NCBI GenBank assembly: GCA_030666865.1
Contig: DAOUWZ010000002.1
Coordinates: forward strand, 24,691-88,690
DNA from: a bacterium
GTDB lineage: Bacteria > Patescibacteriota > Patescibacteriia > S139-126
Length of the DNA stretch: 64,000 bases
Direction: 5' to 3'
The notes under the pieces are model-generated. The model saw only the letters and a list, made by a program, of their open reading frames with translations. It made no database searches and was not told the origin of the DNA. This document shows positions 50,733 to 60,172 of the stretch, one piece after another (position 1 is the stretch's first letter; every line of letters begins with the position of its first letter). The position numbers and the translations under genes are program-made.

Positions 50733-51518
50733 ATGTCAAATAAAGGCAGTTTTATAGATATTCGAGTAGCCCAAAAAGATTTTTATTATTTCAAAAAAAA
50801 TGAATGTTATCTTGATAACTTAAAACAAATCTTATATAGAGAATATTTAGGATTGGTAAAATATGTCGTCAGAAAAATGATCAAAAATTTTCCCAATTGT
50901 CTGGAAGAAGAAGATCTTTATCAAATCGGAATAACTGGCTTACATGAAACCATTGAAAGATTTAACCCAAATTATGGCATTAAATTTGAAACATATGCCA
51001 TCCCACGGATTAAAGGTTCTATTATTGATGAACTGCGTAAACTAAATTGGATTCCCAGATCTATTAGAGCAAAATTAAATACAATGAACAATCAAACAAT
51101 AAAAATGGAACAAATATTTCCACATGGTTATACTGACGAACAAACAGCCAATAGACTAGGTGTTGATATCAAAAATCTCCATAACTGGAAAAAATATGCA
51201 CCTTCAGTGACATTGCTTTCTCTGAACAGACCTTTAGATCAAACAAATAAAGAAAATCTATACGATGTTATTCCAGATGAAAATTACATATGTCCTCATC
51301 AAATGATTGAGGATGCAGAAATAAAAACAGCCTTGATTAAAACTTTAAAAAAACTTCCCGCAAAAACAAGAATAGCTATTAGTCTATATTACTATGAAAA
51401 ACTAACTTTCAAAAAAATCGGGAAAATTCTAAATGTATCTGAATCCCGTATTTCTCAAATTCACTCGGAAACGATGCTAAAACTAAAAAAAGAAATTAAT
51501 AAAATGTTTTACGCATGA
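50733..51518 (+). CDS. FliA/WhiG family (sigma-28) RNA polymerase sigma factor
   Basis: DLYQIGITGL, FETYAIPRIKGSIIDELRKLNWIPRS, LYYYEKLT..IG.IL.VSESRISQIH. Confidence 0.92.
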   Translation: MSNKGSFIDIRVAQKDFYYFKKNECYLDNLKQILYREYLGLVKYVVRKMIKNFPNCLEEEDLYQIGITGLHETIERFNPNYGIKFETYAIPRIKGSIIDELRKLNWIPRSIRAKLNTMNNQTIKMEQIFPHGYTDEQTANRLGVDIKNLHNWKKYAPSVTLLSLNRPLDQTNKENLYDVIPDENYICPHQMIEDAEIKTALIKTLKKLPAKTRIAISLYYYEKLTFKKIGKILNVSESRISQIHSETMLKLKKEINKMFYA

Positions 51519-51730
51519 ACCCCTGCTACTTGTAGGAGTTTTATTTTTGAATCTTTATTTTTAAAGTATCAGGTATTAAGTTGTTCATGAGGAATAATCA
51601 ACTAGGCTAATTAAATCAATTCGAAACTTCAGAATTATATAGTCCAATTTTTTATTTAAAATTCAAACATTTAATATTGATTTAAAATTTATAATTTAAA
51701 TTTTTTAATTCTAGCTTCTATATACTAAAT

Positions 51731-52834
51731 TTATTTATCATGCAAATAAACGCTTTGTGCCAATCCCAAAGCAATAAAAACAGCCAACAGAGCTGAACCG
51801 CCAGCAGACACAAATGGCAGCGGTATGCCAGCAATTGGAAACAAACCAATATTCATACCAATATTAACAGCCATTTGCGCAAATAAATAAATAACAACTC
51901 CTAAAACAATAAACATACCAAAATCAGTTCGAGCAATCTTGATAGTTTTAACCAGACGATAAAAAATCAAAGCAAAAAGGAACAAAAGCACCATGCTCCC
52001 CAGCCACCCCAGCTCTTCTGCAATTACAGCAAAAATAAAATCAGTTTGCGCTTCTGGTAAAAATCGCAACTGTGATTGAGTCCCAAGACCAAGCCCCCTG
52101 CCATTAAATCCACCTGATCCGACCGCTACTTTTGCCTGAGTAATATTATACCCTTCTCCCAATGGATCGGCAGCTGGATGCAAAAAAGTCACAATTCTTG
52201 ATTTTTGATAATCCTGAAGAACCCATTGCCAACTAATGCCTAGGCTAAATATTAAAAATAATATTACAATCAAATAATGCACCTTTCTGAATGGTATGAA
52301 AAAAATAAATATAAACCATATCAAAAACAAAATAAAAGCCGAACCCCAATCTGGCTGCAACATTGTCAAACCGACTAAAATAAAAGTCAAAACACCTGAA
52401 AAAATTAATTGCCCAAAAGAATAAATCGGGCGATTGCTTTGCGAAAAAAATTTAGCCAAAAAAATTATATATAAAACTTTGACAAACTCAATCGGTTGAA
52501 TACTTATCGGTCCAATAATAAACCAAGCCTTAATATTTCTTATTTCTTGGCCAAAAATCAATACTGCAACCAAAAGCCCCAAAGCTATAAAATACGCCAA
52601 CCAGCCATAATGTTTCAAACCCCTATAATTATTTACACCAAACCAAAATAAAAAAATCACCCCGATAAAACCGGCGGTGAACTGCTTATAAAAAAATACA
52701 AAAGAATCCTCAATCACATTCAAATTCAAGCTGAATAGCATTATCAAGCCAAAAATAACCAATATAATACTTGCTATCAAAATCTGCCAATCAAAACTTG
52801 ATAATAAGGATAACACTCTTTTCATACATAACAA
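51731..52834 (-). CDS. rodA: rod shape-determining SEDS protein RodA
   Basis: QPIEFVK, QPDWGSA, YQKSRI..FL.P..DPLGEGYN..Q, FLPEAQTDFIF, GIPLPFVSAGGS. Confidence 0.93.
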   Translation of the reverse strand: MLCMKRVLSLLSSFDWQILIASIILVIFGLIMLFSLNLNVIEDSFVFFYKQFTAGFIGVIFLFWFGVNNYRGLKHYGWLAYFIALGLLVAVLIFGQEIRNIKAWFIIGPISIQPIEFVKVLYIIFLAKFFSQSNRPIYSFGQLIFSGVLTFILVGLTMLQPDWGSAFILFLIWFIFIFFIPFRKVHYLIVILFLIFSLGISWQWVLQDYQKSRIVTFLHPAADPLGEGYNITQAKVAVGSGGFNGRGLGLGTQSQLRFLPEAQTDFIFAVIAEELGWLGSMVLLFLFALIFYRLVKTIKIARTDFGMFIVLGVVIYLFAQMAVNIGMNIGLFPIAGIPLPFVSAGGSALLAVFIALGLAQSVYLHDK

Positions 52835-52836
52835 AA

Positions 52837-53724
52837 TTATCTAATAAAACTTGGATCTATATCCTGATATGTACGAATATTGCTTTTTTCCAAATGATTG
52901 ACGTCAATTATAACCTCTGGTCTTAGCCCAAGCGCCAATAATCTGTCCCAATATACAAATATCTCTCTTTGTTCATTTGGCATCACGTCATCAAGCCCTA
53001 TTATATTGAAACCGGCTATCTTGTTGCCTTGCCACAAAATTACCTGCGCGTTCATTTCCCAAAAATTATATGATGACAAATTATACAAATCAAATATCAC
53101 ATAACTTTTCTTAACTTCATCATTTTTAGTTCCACCTTGATTATAAATAATATTTTCAACGCTAACATCTGGACTAATAAACTGTTTTCTAGCATCAAAA
53201 TGACTACTACCTTTAACTTTATTCCATACCTCCCTGCCTAAAACCAATCTAGCAGAAGAATTTTTATCGCCAAAATCAAAATTGAAATAATACAAATATT
53301 TTTTTTGCCCAGGTAATAAATAAGTAGTCTGTGATGGCGTTAACATTCCGCCAACTTCAAATTGATAATTAATTTCCCGCAGGTACCATTTATTATTCAT
53401 ATTTTCAACCTCAGCTACTATATCAATAGTATTTGAACTATTTGGTAAAACTTTAGCTGAAACCACACGTATTTTCCTTGGCCCAGTAACTGCTTTGATC
53501 GCCTGATAATCAATACTATCCGTGGAAAGCTCATAAATCATCTGCTGGTGCGCTGCCGTGCCTTGTAAATATTTATAAAATTTTATACCAACATTTGCAT
53601 ATGTAGCGACTAATAATAAAATTACAAAAGAAATCATCCCGGCTTTTACCTTGAGACGATGCTCTACCCACCAATAACCAAACTGCAATTCTTTATCAGT
53701 TAAATTACCGCGCTCATCTGACAT
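52837..53724 (-). CDS. hypothetical membrane-anchored protein with Ig-like extracellular domains
   Basis: 295-aa ORF, single TM, beta-rich; 2-nt gap to rodA. Confidence 0.7.
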   Translation of the reverse strand: MSDERGNLTDKELQFGYWWVEHRLKVKAGMISFVILLLVATYANVGIKFYKYLQGTAAHQQMIYELSTDSIDYQAIKAVTGPRKIRVVSAKVLPNSSNTIDIVAEVENMNNKWYLREINYQFEVGGMLTPSQTTYLLPGQKKYLYYFNFDFGDKNSSARLVLGREVWNKVKGSSHFDARKQFISPDVSVENIIYNQGGTKNDEVKKSYVIFDLYNLSSYNFWEMNAQVILWQGNKIAGFNIIGLDDVMPNEQREIFVYWDRLLALGLRPEVIIDVNHLEKSNIRTYQDIDPSFIR

Positions 53725-53901
53725 TTATCTTTATTAATGATTATTCATATAACAAATTTATTATACAATATTTTCAATTTTATTAAAATAACAAGACTAT
53801 ATATCGAATTGCTTTTAAATTAATCTATTTATATGATATCATTATATTAGAATTAATAATATTTTATTTAATTCTTATTTCTTAATTCTTAATTTATTTT
53901 T

Positions 53902-54204
53902 ATGGACATTCAAACTACTAATGATCTTTTCTGGTTACTACTGGGGATATCAATACTGCTTTTTACCTTATTTGTCTGCTGGGGGATGTTTTATTTTATA
54001 ATGACTTTGAAAGACATTAGATTAATCACCAAAAATTTGAAAGAGAAAATGAAATTACTGGAAGATTTCATCAAAGTAGCCAAAGAGAAACTCAATGATA
54101 CTTCTCTGTATTTGAAAACCATAGTAGATACTGTGGTTAAAGTAACCGGCTGGGTTGCCAGTAAAAAAATACCTGCAGACAAATCAGATGATGAAAAAAA
54201 ATAA
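53902..54204 (+). CDS. small membrane protein with coiled coil
   Basis: TM then amphipathic helix, 100 aa. Confidence 0.7.
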   Translation: MDIQTTNDLFWLLLGISILLFTLFVCWGMFYFIMTLKDIRLITKNLKEKMKLLEDFIKVAKEKLNDTSLYLKTIVDTVVKVTGWVASKKIPADKSDDEKK

Positions 54205-54343
54205 TATTTTACGATAAAAACTAAGGCTAAATGAATATACTGTGATATGTTAATAAGTATGTTCAATAAAATTTATTAAGCCCCTAAATTCCCCTTATCG
54301 GGGGAATTTTTTATTTTATACCCTTATAAAAATATAATCTAGT

Positions 54344-54506
54344 CAGCCATTCATGTAGTAAAGTTTAAAAATTTAATTTATGAGCGTATAAAAGTTTTGA
54401 CTCTTCTGCAAAGCAGAATTCAAAGCTTTAGCGAATAAATTAAATTTTTACTGAGCGAAATGATAGGCTGCAGTTTTTGGTTACTTTTTTGCTGCCAAAA
54501 AAGTAA
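54344..54506. repeat. long imperfect hairpin followed by TTTTGGTTACTTTTT..AAAAAGTAA repeat end
   Basis: cagcc/ggctg, aaaaatttaattt/aaattaaattttt, aaagttttga/tcaaagcttt, ttctgc-aaa-gcagaa. Confidence 0.55.
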
Positions 54507-54806
54507 AAATAAAAAAACCATAAAACATAATAATAAAATCGTTTATAAAACTCGATTATTATATCTCCATTCTTTATTCTCAACGCCCGTTTGCCCCGTC
54601 AAACAATATGTTCTATAATATATACACCCCGTGCCGTTCACCAAAAATTATACAGAGTTTAAAAAGTATTAAAATACTCTGTTTTTTATACGTTTAAAAA
54701 ACAAAAAAACTATAACCCCTGCCTACCGGTCATCGCTCTAAGGTGGCCTCGGGCTCAGACTCGAGGAGCAAGCAGATAACATCTAAAAAAACTATAAACT
54801 AATTAA

Positions 54807-57800
54807 ATGAGTTTCGTTCACCTCCATGTTCATAGCCACTACTCCCTGCTTGACGGTTTGACCAAAATTGATGATTTGGTAAATAAAGCAGTGAAATATA
54901 AAATGCCAGCAGTTGCCCTGACTGATCATGGTGTGATGTACGGAGTAATAGAATTTTACCAAAAATGCCAGAAAGCCGGCATCAAACCAATTATTGGCGT
55001 GGAAGCATATCTGGCGCCTGGCGGACGGCTTAATAAAAAATCAGGCATTGATAATAAATATTATCACATCATTCTACTGGCCAAAAATAATACTGGCTAT
55101 CAAAACCTGACTAAATTGACAACTTTGGCAAATTTAGAAGGATTTTATTATAAACCAAGAATTGATTGGGAAATTTTGGAAAAATATTCAGATGGATTAA
55201 TAGCCCTGTCAGCTTGCCTGCAAGGACAAATACCAAAAACCCTGCTTAGCAATGAACCAGATAAAGCCGATGAAGTGGTCGCAAAATTTATTTCGGTTTT
55301 TGGCAAAGATAATTTTTATTTAGAAGTTCAACATCATCCAAATATTCCTGAACAGATAAAAGTAAATAAACAAATTTTCGGCCTAGCTGATAAACATAAT
55401 TTGAAAGTAGTTGCTACCAATGACGTCCACTATCTCAATTCCGAAGATGCTGATGCTCATGATACTCTAATATGTTTACAAACAAAAAGTAAAAAATCTG
55501 ACACTGATCGAATGTCTTATTTGGTCAGTGATTTTTCTTTTCGCGCGCCTGACAAAATGCGACAAGATTTTTCTGATCACCCGGAAGTATTATCAAATAC
55601 CTTGGAGATTGCCGATAAGTGTAATGTGGAAATCACCACCGGCGAATATTTATTGCCGCACTATCAACTGGATAATGACATAACAGCTGAACAAGAATTG
55701 AAAAATTTATGCCAAACTGGTCTAGCTAAGCGCTATCCAGCCAAAAAAGATGATCAGAAAATCAAAGACCGGCTTGAATATGAACTATCAATTATCAATA
55801 AAACAGGTTATGCTTCTTATTTTTTGATTGTTCAAGATTTTGTCAATTGGGCGCGTGGCCAAGGTATTGTGGTTGGTCCGGGCCGTGGCAGCGCAGCCGG
55901 TTCTATTGTGGCTTATTTGACTGGTATTACAAATATTGATCCTATCAGCTATAATCTTATTTTTGAACGATTTTTAAATCCCGAGCGCATATCCATGCCT
56001 GATATTGATTTGGATTTTGCTGATACTCGTCGCGATGAAGTTATCCGCTATGTTGAAAATAAATACGGTAAAGATAATGTTGCTCAAATTATCACTTTTG
56101 GAACTTTGGCCGCTCGAGTGGCAATCCGTGATGTTGGTCGGGTTTTAGATGTCCCCTATACTTATTGCGATCAATTAGCCAAACTAGTACCTATGTTTAC
56201 TACCCTTGACGAAGCTATTAATATCGTTTCTGAACTAAAAGAAAAATATAACCAGGAAGAATATACCAAAAAAATTATTGATACTGCTAGAAAGCTTGAA
56301 GGTATTTCCCGGCATTCTTCCACTCATGCTTGCGGAGTAGTAATCACCCCTGAACCACTGGTAAAATATCTGCCTTTGCAATATGCGGCGGCTGGCGACG
56401 ATACAATTGTCACTCAATATTCTCTTCATCCGGTTGAAGATTTAGGACTTTTAAAAATGGATTTCTTGGGCTTGAAAAATTTGACCTTAATTCAAACTGC
56501 CATTGAAATTATTGCCAAGATTCACGAACACAAAATCGATATTGAAAATATTCCTCTTAATGACGCTAAAACTTTTTCAATCCTGCAAAATGGCAACACT
56601 ACTGGTGTTTTCCAACTTGAATCTAGTGGTATGAAAAGATACTTAAAACAGCTTAAACCCAACGAGCTAGAAGATATTATTGCGATGGTATCCTTGTATC
56701 GACCAGGTCCAATGGAATTTATCAAAGATTTCATCAACGGCAAACATGGCAAGAAAAAAATTACCTACATTGATCCAAAACTTGAACCAATCCTAGCTAA
56801 AACTTATGGCATAGCTGTTTATCAAGAACAAATCATGGAAATTGCTAGAAAACTAGCTGGCTTTTCCTATGCTGAAGCAGATGTACTTAGAAAAGCTGTT
56901 GGTAAAAAAATTAAAAAACTTCTTGACGAACAAGAAGAAAAAATGATTACTGGAATGATTAAAAATGGAATAAATTCAAAAACAGCCAAAAAAATATGGA
57001 AATTTATTTTACCATTTGCCAGATACGGATTCAATCGAGCTCACGCAGCCTGTTATGCAATGATCGCCTATCAGACAGCATACTTGAAAGCCAATTATCC
57101 GACTGAATTCATGGCAGCCTTACTTACAACTGATCAAGACAACCTTGATAGAGTGGCTATTGAAATTGAGGAATGCAAAAAAATTGGCATTGAAGTTTTG
57201 CCACCAGAGATTAATGAAAGTTTTTCAACATTTACAGTAGTGGCTAAAACTATTGATACTGACAAGCCGAGAATTAGATTTGGATTAAACGCTATAAAAA
57301 ATGTAGGTAATAATATTGTCAAAGCACTAATCAAAACCAGAAAAGAAAATGGACCATATAAATCGCTTAGTGATCTTCTATACAGAATTCATGATAAGGA
57401 TTTAAATAAAAAATCTTTAGAAGCTTTAATAAAATCAGGCACCCTTGATGCCTTGGGTGAACGAGGCCAAATGCTCAGTAATATTGACCTGATACTAAAT
57501 TATAATAAATCAGCCAAGAAAGATGCAACCAACATGCAAACCAATCTTTTTGGCATAACAAATTCTGGTCCCCCACCACTCAACCTTAGCCCTTCTGAAA
57601 ATATCGATGACAATCTCAAACTAGGATGGGAAAAAGAATTGTTAGGTTTATATATTAGTTCGCATCCTTTAAAAAAAATTGAATCCTATTTACAAAATAG
57701 TCAAATAATAGCTTGCCGTGATGCTAGTAAACATATTAATGATATAATTCCAGTAGTCGGAGTAATTACCAAAATAAAAAAAATTATAACTAGAAGAGCT

Positions 57801-58286
57801 GAAACTATGCTTTTTGTAACTATTGAAGATTATACTGCCAGTATTGAAGCTTTAATATTTCCAAAATTATTCAAAATCACCAATCAATTATGGCAGGAGG
57901 GTAGTATTGTATTGATCAGAGGAAAAATCTCTGACAAAGATGGAGAAATAAAAATATTAGCTGAAGAAGCTAGAAAACTTAATATTGATAATATTAAAAA
58001 TAATTTTAATAACAGTCAAAACAATTCAGCTAATGTAAATATTCAAACTTCACTGATTATTCGGCAACATCAAGGACAAATATATCTTGAATTACCACCT
58101 CAAACCAAGCCAAAACTTATTGAAGAATTAAAAAAAATATTTTCTCTTCACCCTGGACCAGAAAAAGTATTACTAATCATCAAACAAGAACAACAAATCA
58201 AAAAAATTGCCACTAATTTCTCTATAAGCTATAATGAAATTGTGAAAAATAAAATTCAAATAGCATACAAAGAACACTATGGCTAA
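54807..58286 (+). CDS. dnaE: DNA polymerase III alpha subunit
   Basis: FVHLHVHSHYSLLDG, GPGRGSAAGS, PDIDLDF, YGFNRAHA. Confidence 0.98.
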   Translation: MSFVHLHVHSHYSLLDGLTKIDDLVNKAVKYKMPAVALTDHGVMYGVIEFYQKCQKAGIKPIIGVEAYLAPGGRLNKKSGIDNKYYHIILLAKNNTGYQNLTKLTTLANLEGFYYKPRIDWEILEKYSDGLIALSACLQGQIPKTLLSNEPDKADEVVAKFISVFGKDNFYLEVQHHPNIPEQIKVNKQIFGLADKHNLKVVATNDVHYLNSEDADAHDTLICLQTKSKKSDTDRMSYLVSDFSFRAPDKMRQDFSDHPEVLSNTLEIADKCNVEITTGEYLLPHYQLDNDITAEQELKNLCQTGLAKRYPAKKDDQKIKDRLEYELSIINKTGYASYFLIVQDFVNWARGQGIVVGPGRGSAAGSIVAYLTGITNIDPISYNLIFERFLNPERISMPDIDLDFADTRRDEVIRYVENKYGKDNVAQIITFGTLAARVAIRDVGRVLDVPYTYCDQLAKLVPMFTTLDEAINIVSELKEKYNQEEYTKKIIDTARKLEGISRHSSTHACGVVITPEPLVKYLPLQYAAAGDDTIVTQYSLHPVEDLGLLKMDFLGLKNLTLIQTAIEIIAKIHEHKIDIENIPLNDAKTFSILQNGNTTGVFQLESSGMKRYLKQLKPNELEDIIAMVSLYRPGPMEFIKDFINGKHGKKKITYIDPKLEPILAKTYGIAVYQEQIMEIARKLAGFSYAEADVLRKAVGKKIKKLLDEQEEKMITGMIKNGINSKTAKKIWKFILPFARYGFNRAHAACYAMIAYQTAYLKANYPTEFMAALLTTDQDNLDRVAIEIEECKKIGIEVLPPEINESFSTFTVVAKTIDTDKPRIRFGLNAIKNVGNNIVKALIKTRKENGPYKSLSDLLYRIHDKDLNKKSLEALIKSGTLDALGERGQMLSNIDLILNYNKSAKKDATNMQTNLFGITNSGPPPLNLSPSENIDDNLKLGWEKELLGLYISSHPLKKIESYLQNSQIIACRDASKHINDIIPVVGVITKIKKIITRRAETMLFVTIEDYTASIEALIFPKLFKITNQLWQEGSIVLIRGKISDKDGEIKILAEEARKLNIDNIKNNFNNSQNNSANVNIQTSLIIRQHQGQIYLELPPQTKPKLIEELKKIFSLHPGPEKVLLIIKQEQQIKKIATNFSISYNEIVKNKIQIAYKEHYG

Positions 58287-59433
58287 AATAAAAAAAACTA
58301 GCAAGATTAGTAAAACAACAGCAAAAGCATCAATATCAAAAGTTAATAGACAAATAACTGTTGGTTTTGTAGTAGTAACAATTTTACTAATTTTGATGAT
58401 TGGTTATTTTTCTCTATCCAAGGCTAATATTTATCTAACTCCTGACAAAAATACAATTCATACTAATATGGAAATTGAAGTTATGCCTGAAGTAACCTCT
58501 ACTCTGACAAGTTCAAATATTTTACCTGGAGAAATTAAAAAATTCGAAACTGAAAAAACCGGAAAATATAAACCAAGCCAGGAAACTATACAAACAAAAA
58601 AATCTAATGGGACTGTCAAATTGATAAACAATTATTCAAAAGATCAGACTTTGGTAGCAACTACCAGATTATTGACTCCTGACAATCTACTTTTCCGCAC
58701 TATCGAAAGTGTGGTAGTTCCAGCTGGAGGTGAAATTCTAGTTAATATTGAAGCTGATGAAATAGGGACAAAATATGAAATCGGTCCAACCAAATTTACT
58801 ATTCCAGGGCTTTGGGAGGGACTGCGTGATAAAATATATGGAATATCAGAATCTCCAATGTCAGAATCAACAACCAAAGTAAAAATAGTTTCATCAGAAG
58901 ATCTTGAACTTGCTAAACAAGATTTGACCAATAAAATAACAATTGAAGCTAAAAATGAATATTCCAGTCCTGATCATATTGTTTTAGTAAAAATACAAAC
59001 ATCTTCTATCAATTCAACAGCTAAAATAAATGAAGAAATAGAAAATTTTGACTTTTCATTAAATGCTGAGGTTTCAATAGTAAAATTTCTTAAACAAGAT
59101 ATGGAAACTATTGCGATTAATAATTTAAAAATAATAACTTTAAATAATCAAGAATATTTAAGCTATAATCCTAGCTCTATTAAATATGATTTGCTAAAAA
59201 TAAATCATAATGCCAAAGCTGCTACTATTTCAGTTGACATATCAGGACTAGCAACTTCCAAAATTGATAATCTATATAAAAAAAGTGACATTCTGGGATT
59301 GGCAGAACCTGATGTAGAAAAATACTTTAAAAAAATTAACGGCATTGATGTAGTCAAAGTTAAATTTTCGCCTTCTTGGGTAAAATCTGTTCCCCCGCTT
59401 GAAGATCACGTAAATATTGAAATTGTAAAATAA
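58279..59433 (+). CDS. membrane-anchored protein with baseplate-J-like domain
   Basis: TM; KSNGTV.LIN..S..Q.LV.TTRL...F...V.VPAG..V...AD..G..Y.I....FTIPG. Confidence 0.6.
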   Translation: MAKIKKTSKISKTTAKASISKVNRQITVGFVVVTILLILMIGYFSLSKANIYLTPDKNTIHTNMEIEVMPEVTSTLTSSNILPGEIKKFETEKTGKYKPSQETIQTKKSNGTVKLINNYSKDQTLVATTRLLTPDNLLFRTIESVVVPAGGEILVNIEADEIGTKYEIGPTKFTIPGLWEGLRDKIYGISESPMSESTTKVKIVSSEDLELAKQDLTNKITIEAKNEYSSPDHIVLVKIQTSSINSTAKINEEIENFDFSLNAEVSIVKFLKQDMETIAINNLKIITLNNQEYLSYNPSSIKYDLLKINHNAKAATISVDISGLATSKIDNLYKKSDILGLAEPDVEKYFKKINGIDVVKVKFSPSWVKSVPPLEDHVNIEIVK

Positions 59434-59455
59434 TAATAAAAAAAAATTATAAAGT

Positions 59456-59488
59456 AAAAAGTCACCAGCCCTTAGACTGGTGACTTTT
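59456..59488. terminator. intrinsic terminator
   Basis: aaaagtcaccagc-cctta-gactggtgactttt. Confidence 0.75.
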
Positions 59489-59603
59489 ATCTATATGCGA
59501 TGCAAACAGGTTGTTTTGGCGTGGTTGATAACGAATATAGTGTTTAACACCTATCTATAGACAATTTTTATTGTTATACAAATCTAACCATTTTGTCAAA
59601 AAC

Positions 59604-59631
59604 TTGACTATGCCATAAAATAGCGTATAAT
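59604..59631 (+). promoter_or_regulatory. sigma70-type promoter of thrS leader
   Basis: TTGACT-16nt-TATAAT. Confidence 0.65.
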
Positions 59632-59659
59632 ACAAATACTAGAATATATTTTTTGGAAA

Positions 59660-59859
59660 ACTTCTTTAAGAGAGAAAAAGTCCTGGGCTGTAAGCTTTTT
59701 CAAGAATAAGTCCAAAAAATACCAACTAGACCAGTTCTGCTAAAACTGGAAAATACAATATTGACTTAAATGAGTGGTCTGATGTTTAATCAGACAATTT
59801 GGGTGGAACCGTCCCGCGACCGCGGGACCCCGAAAACTAGATGTTTTTCGGGTTTTTTT
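59660..59859 (+). promoter_or_regulatory. T-box riboswitch (Thr)
   Basis: AATTTGGGTGGAACCG T-box; antiterminator GGG(TGGAACC)GTCCCGC..GCGGGACCCC; overlapping terminator CCCGAAAAC..GTTTTTCGGGTTTTTT; candidate ACC specifier at about 59721; 5' boundary approximate. Confidence 0.85.
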
Positions 59860-59884
59860 ATTAAAAAAGGGATTAATTTCAAAA

Positions 59885-60115
59885 TTAACCCCAAATCAAC
59901 AAAACATTATTTATCACTCTTTTACACCAGAGTATTAATGAATTTTCCAATTCATCACTTGGAACTATAAATGAACGTTTTGTCTTAGAAATTCTAATAG
60001 ATTCTATTTCGGTAATTCTCAATACTTCACCATAGAATCTTGAATTTTCTGGCAACTTCTTATTGAGAACGAAATAGATATTTCCACCACGCTGATAAAT
60101 TCTGCTAATGTGCAT
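59885..60115 (-). CDS. small hypothetical protein antisense to the thrS leader
   Basis: 76-aa ORF with strong SD (GGGAGAGGGG) just before ATG. Confidence 0.55.
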   Translation of the reverse strand: MHISRIYQRGGNIYFVLNKKLPENSRFYGEVLRITEIESIRISKTKRSFIVPSDELENSLILWCKRVINNVLLIWG

Positions 60116-60172
60116 TGTCCCCTCTCCCTATTTATTTTATATTCATAAAATTAATAACTAATAATCAATCAT

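Noticed and set aside
59490-59600. Possible minus-strand small RNA or peptide between a TTGACA and the terminator
   Set aside because: The -10 spacing is poor, and no convincing ORF or recognisable RNA motif
59770-59970. 66-aa ORF
   Set aside because: Runs through the T-box antiterminator and terminator
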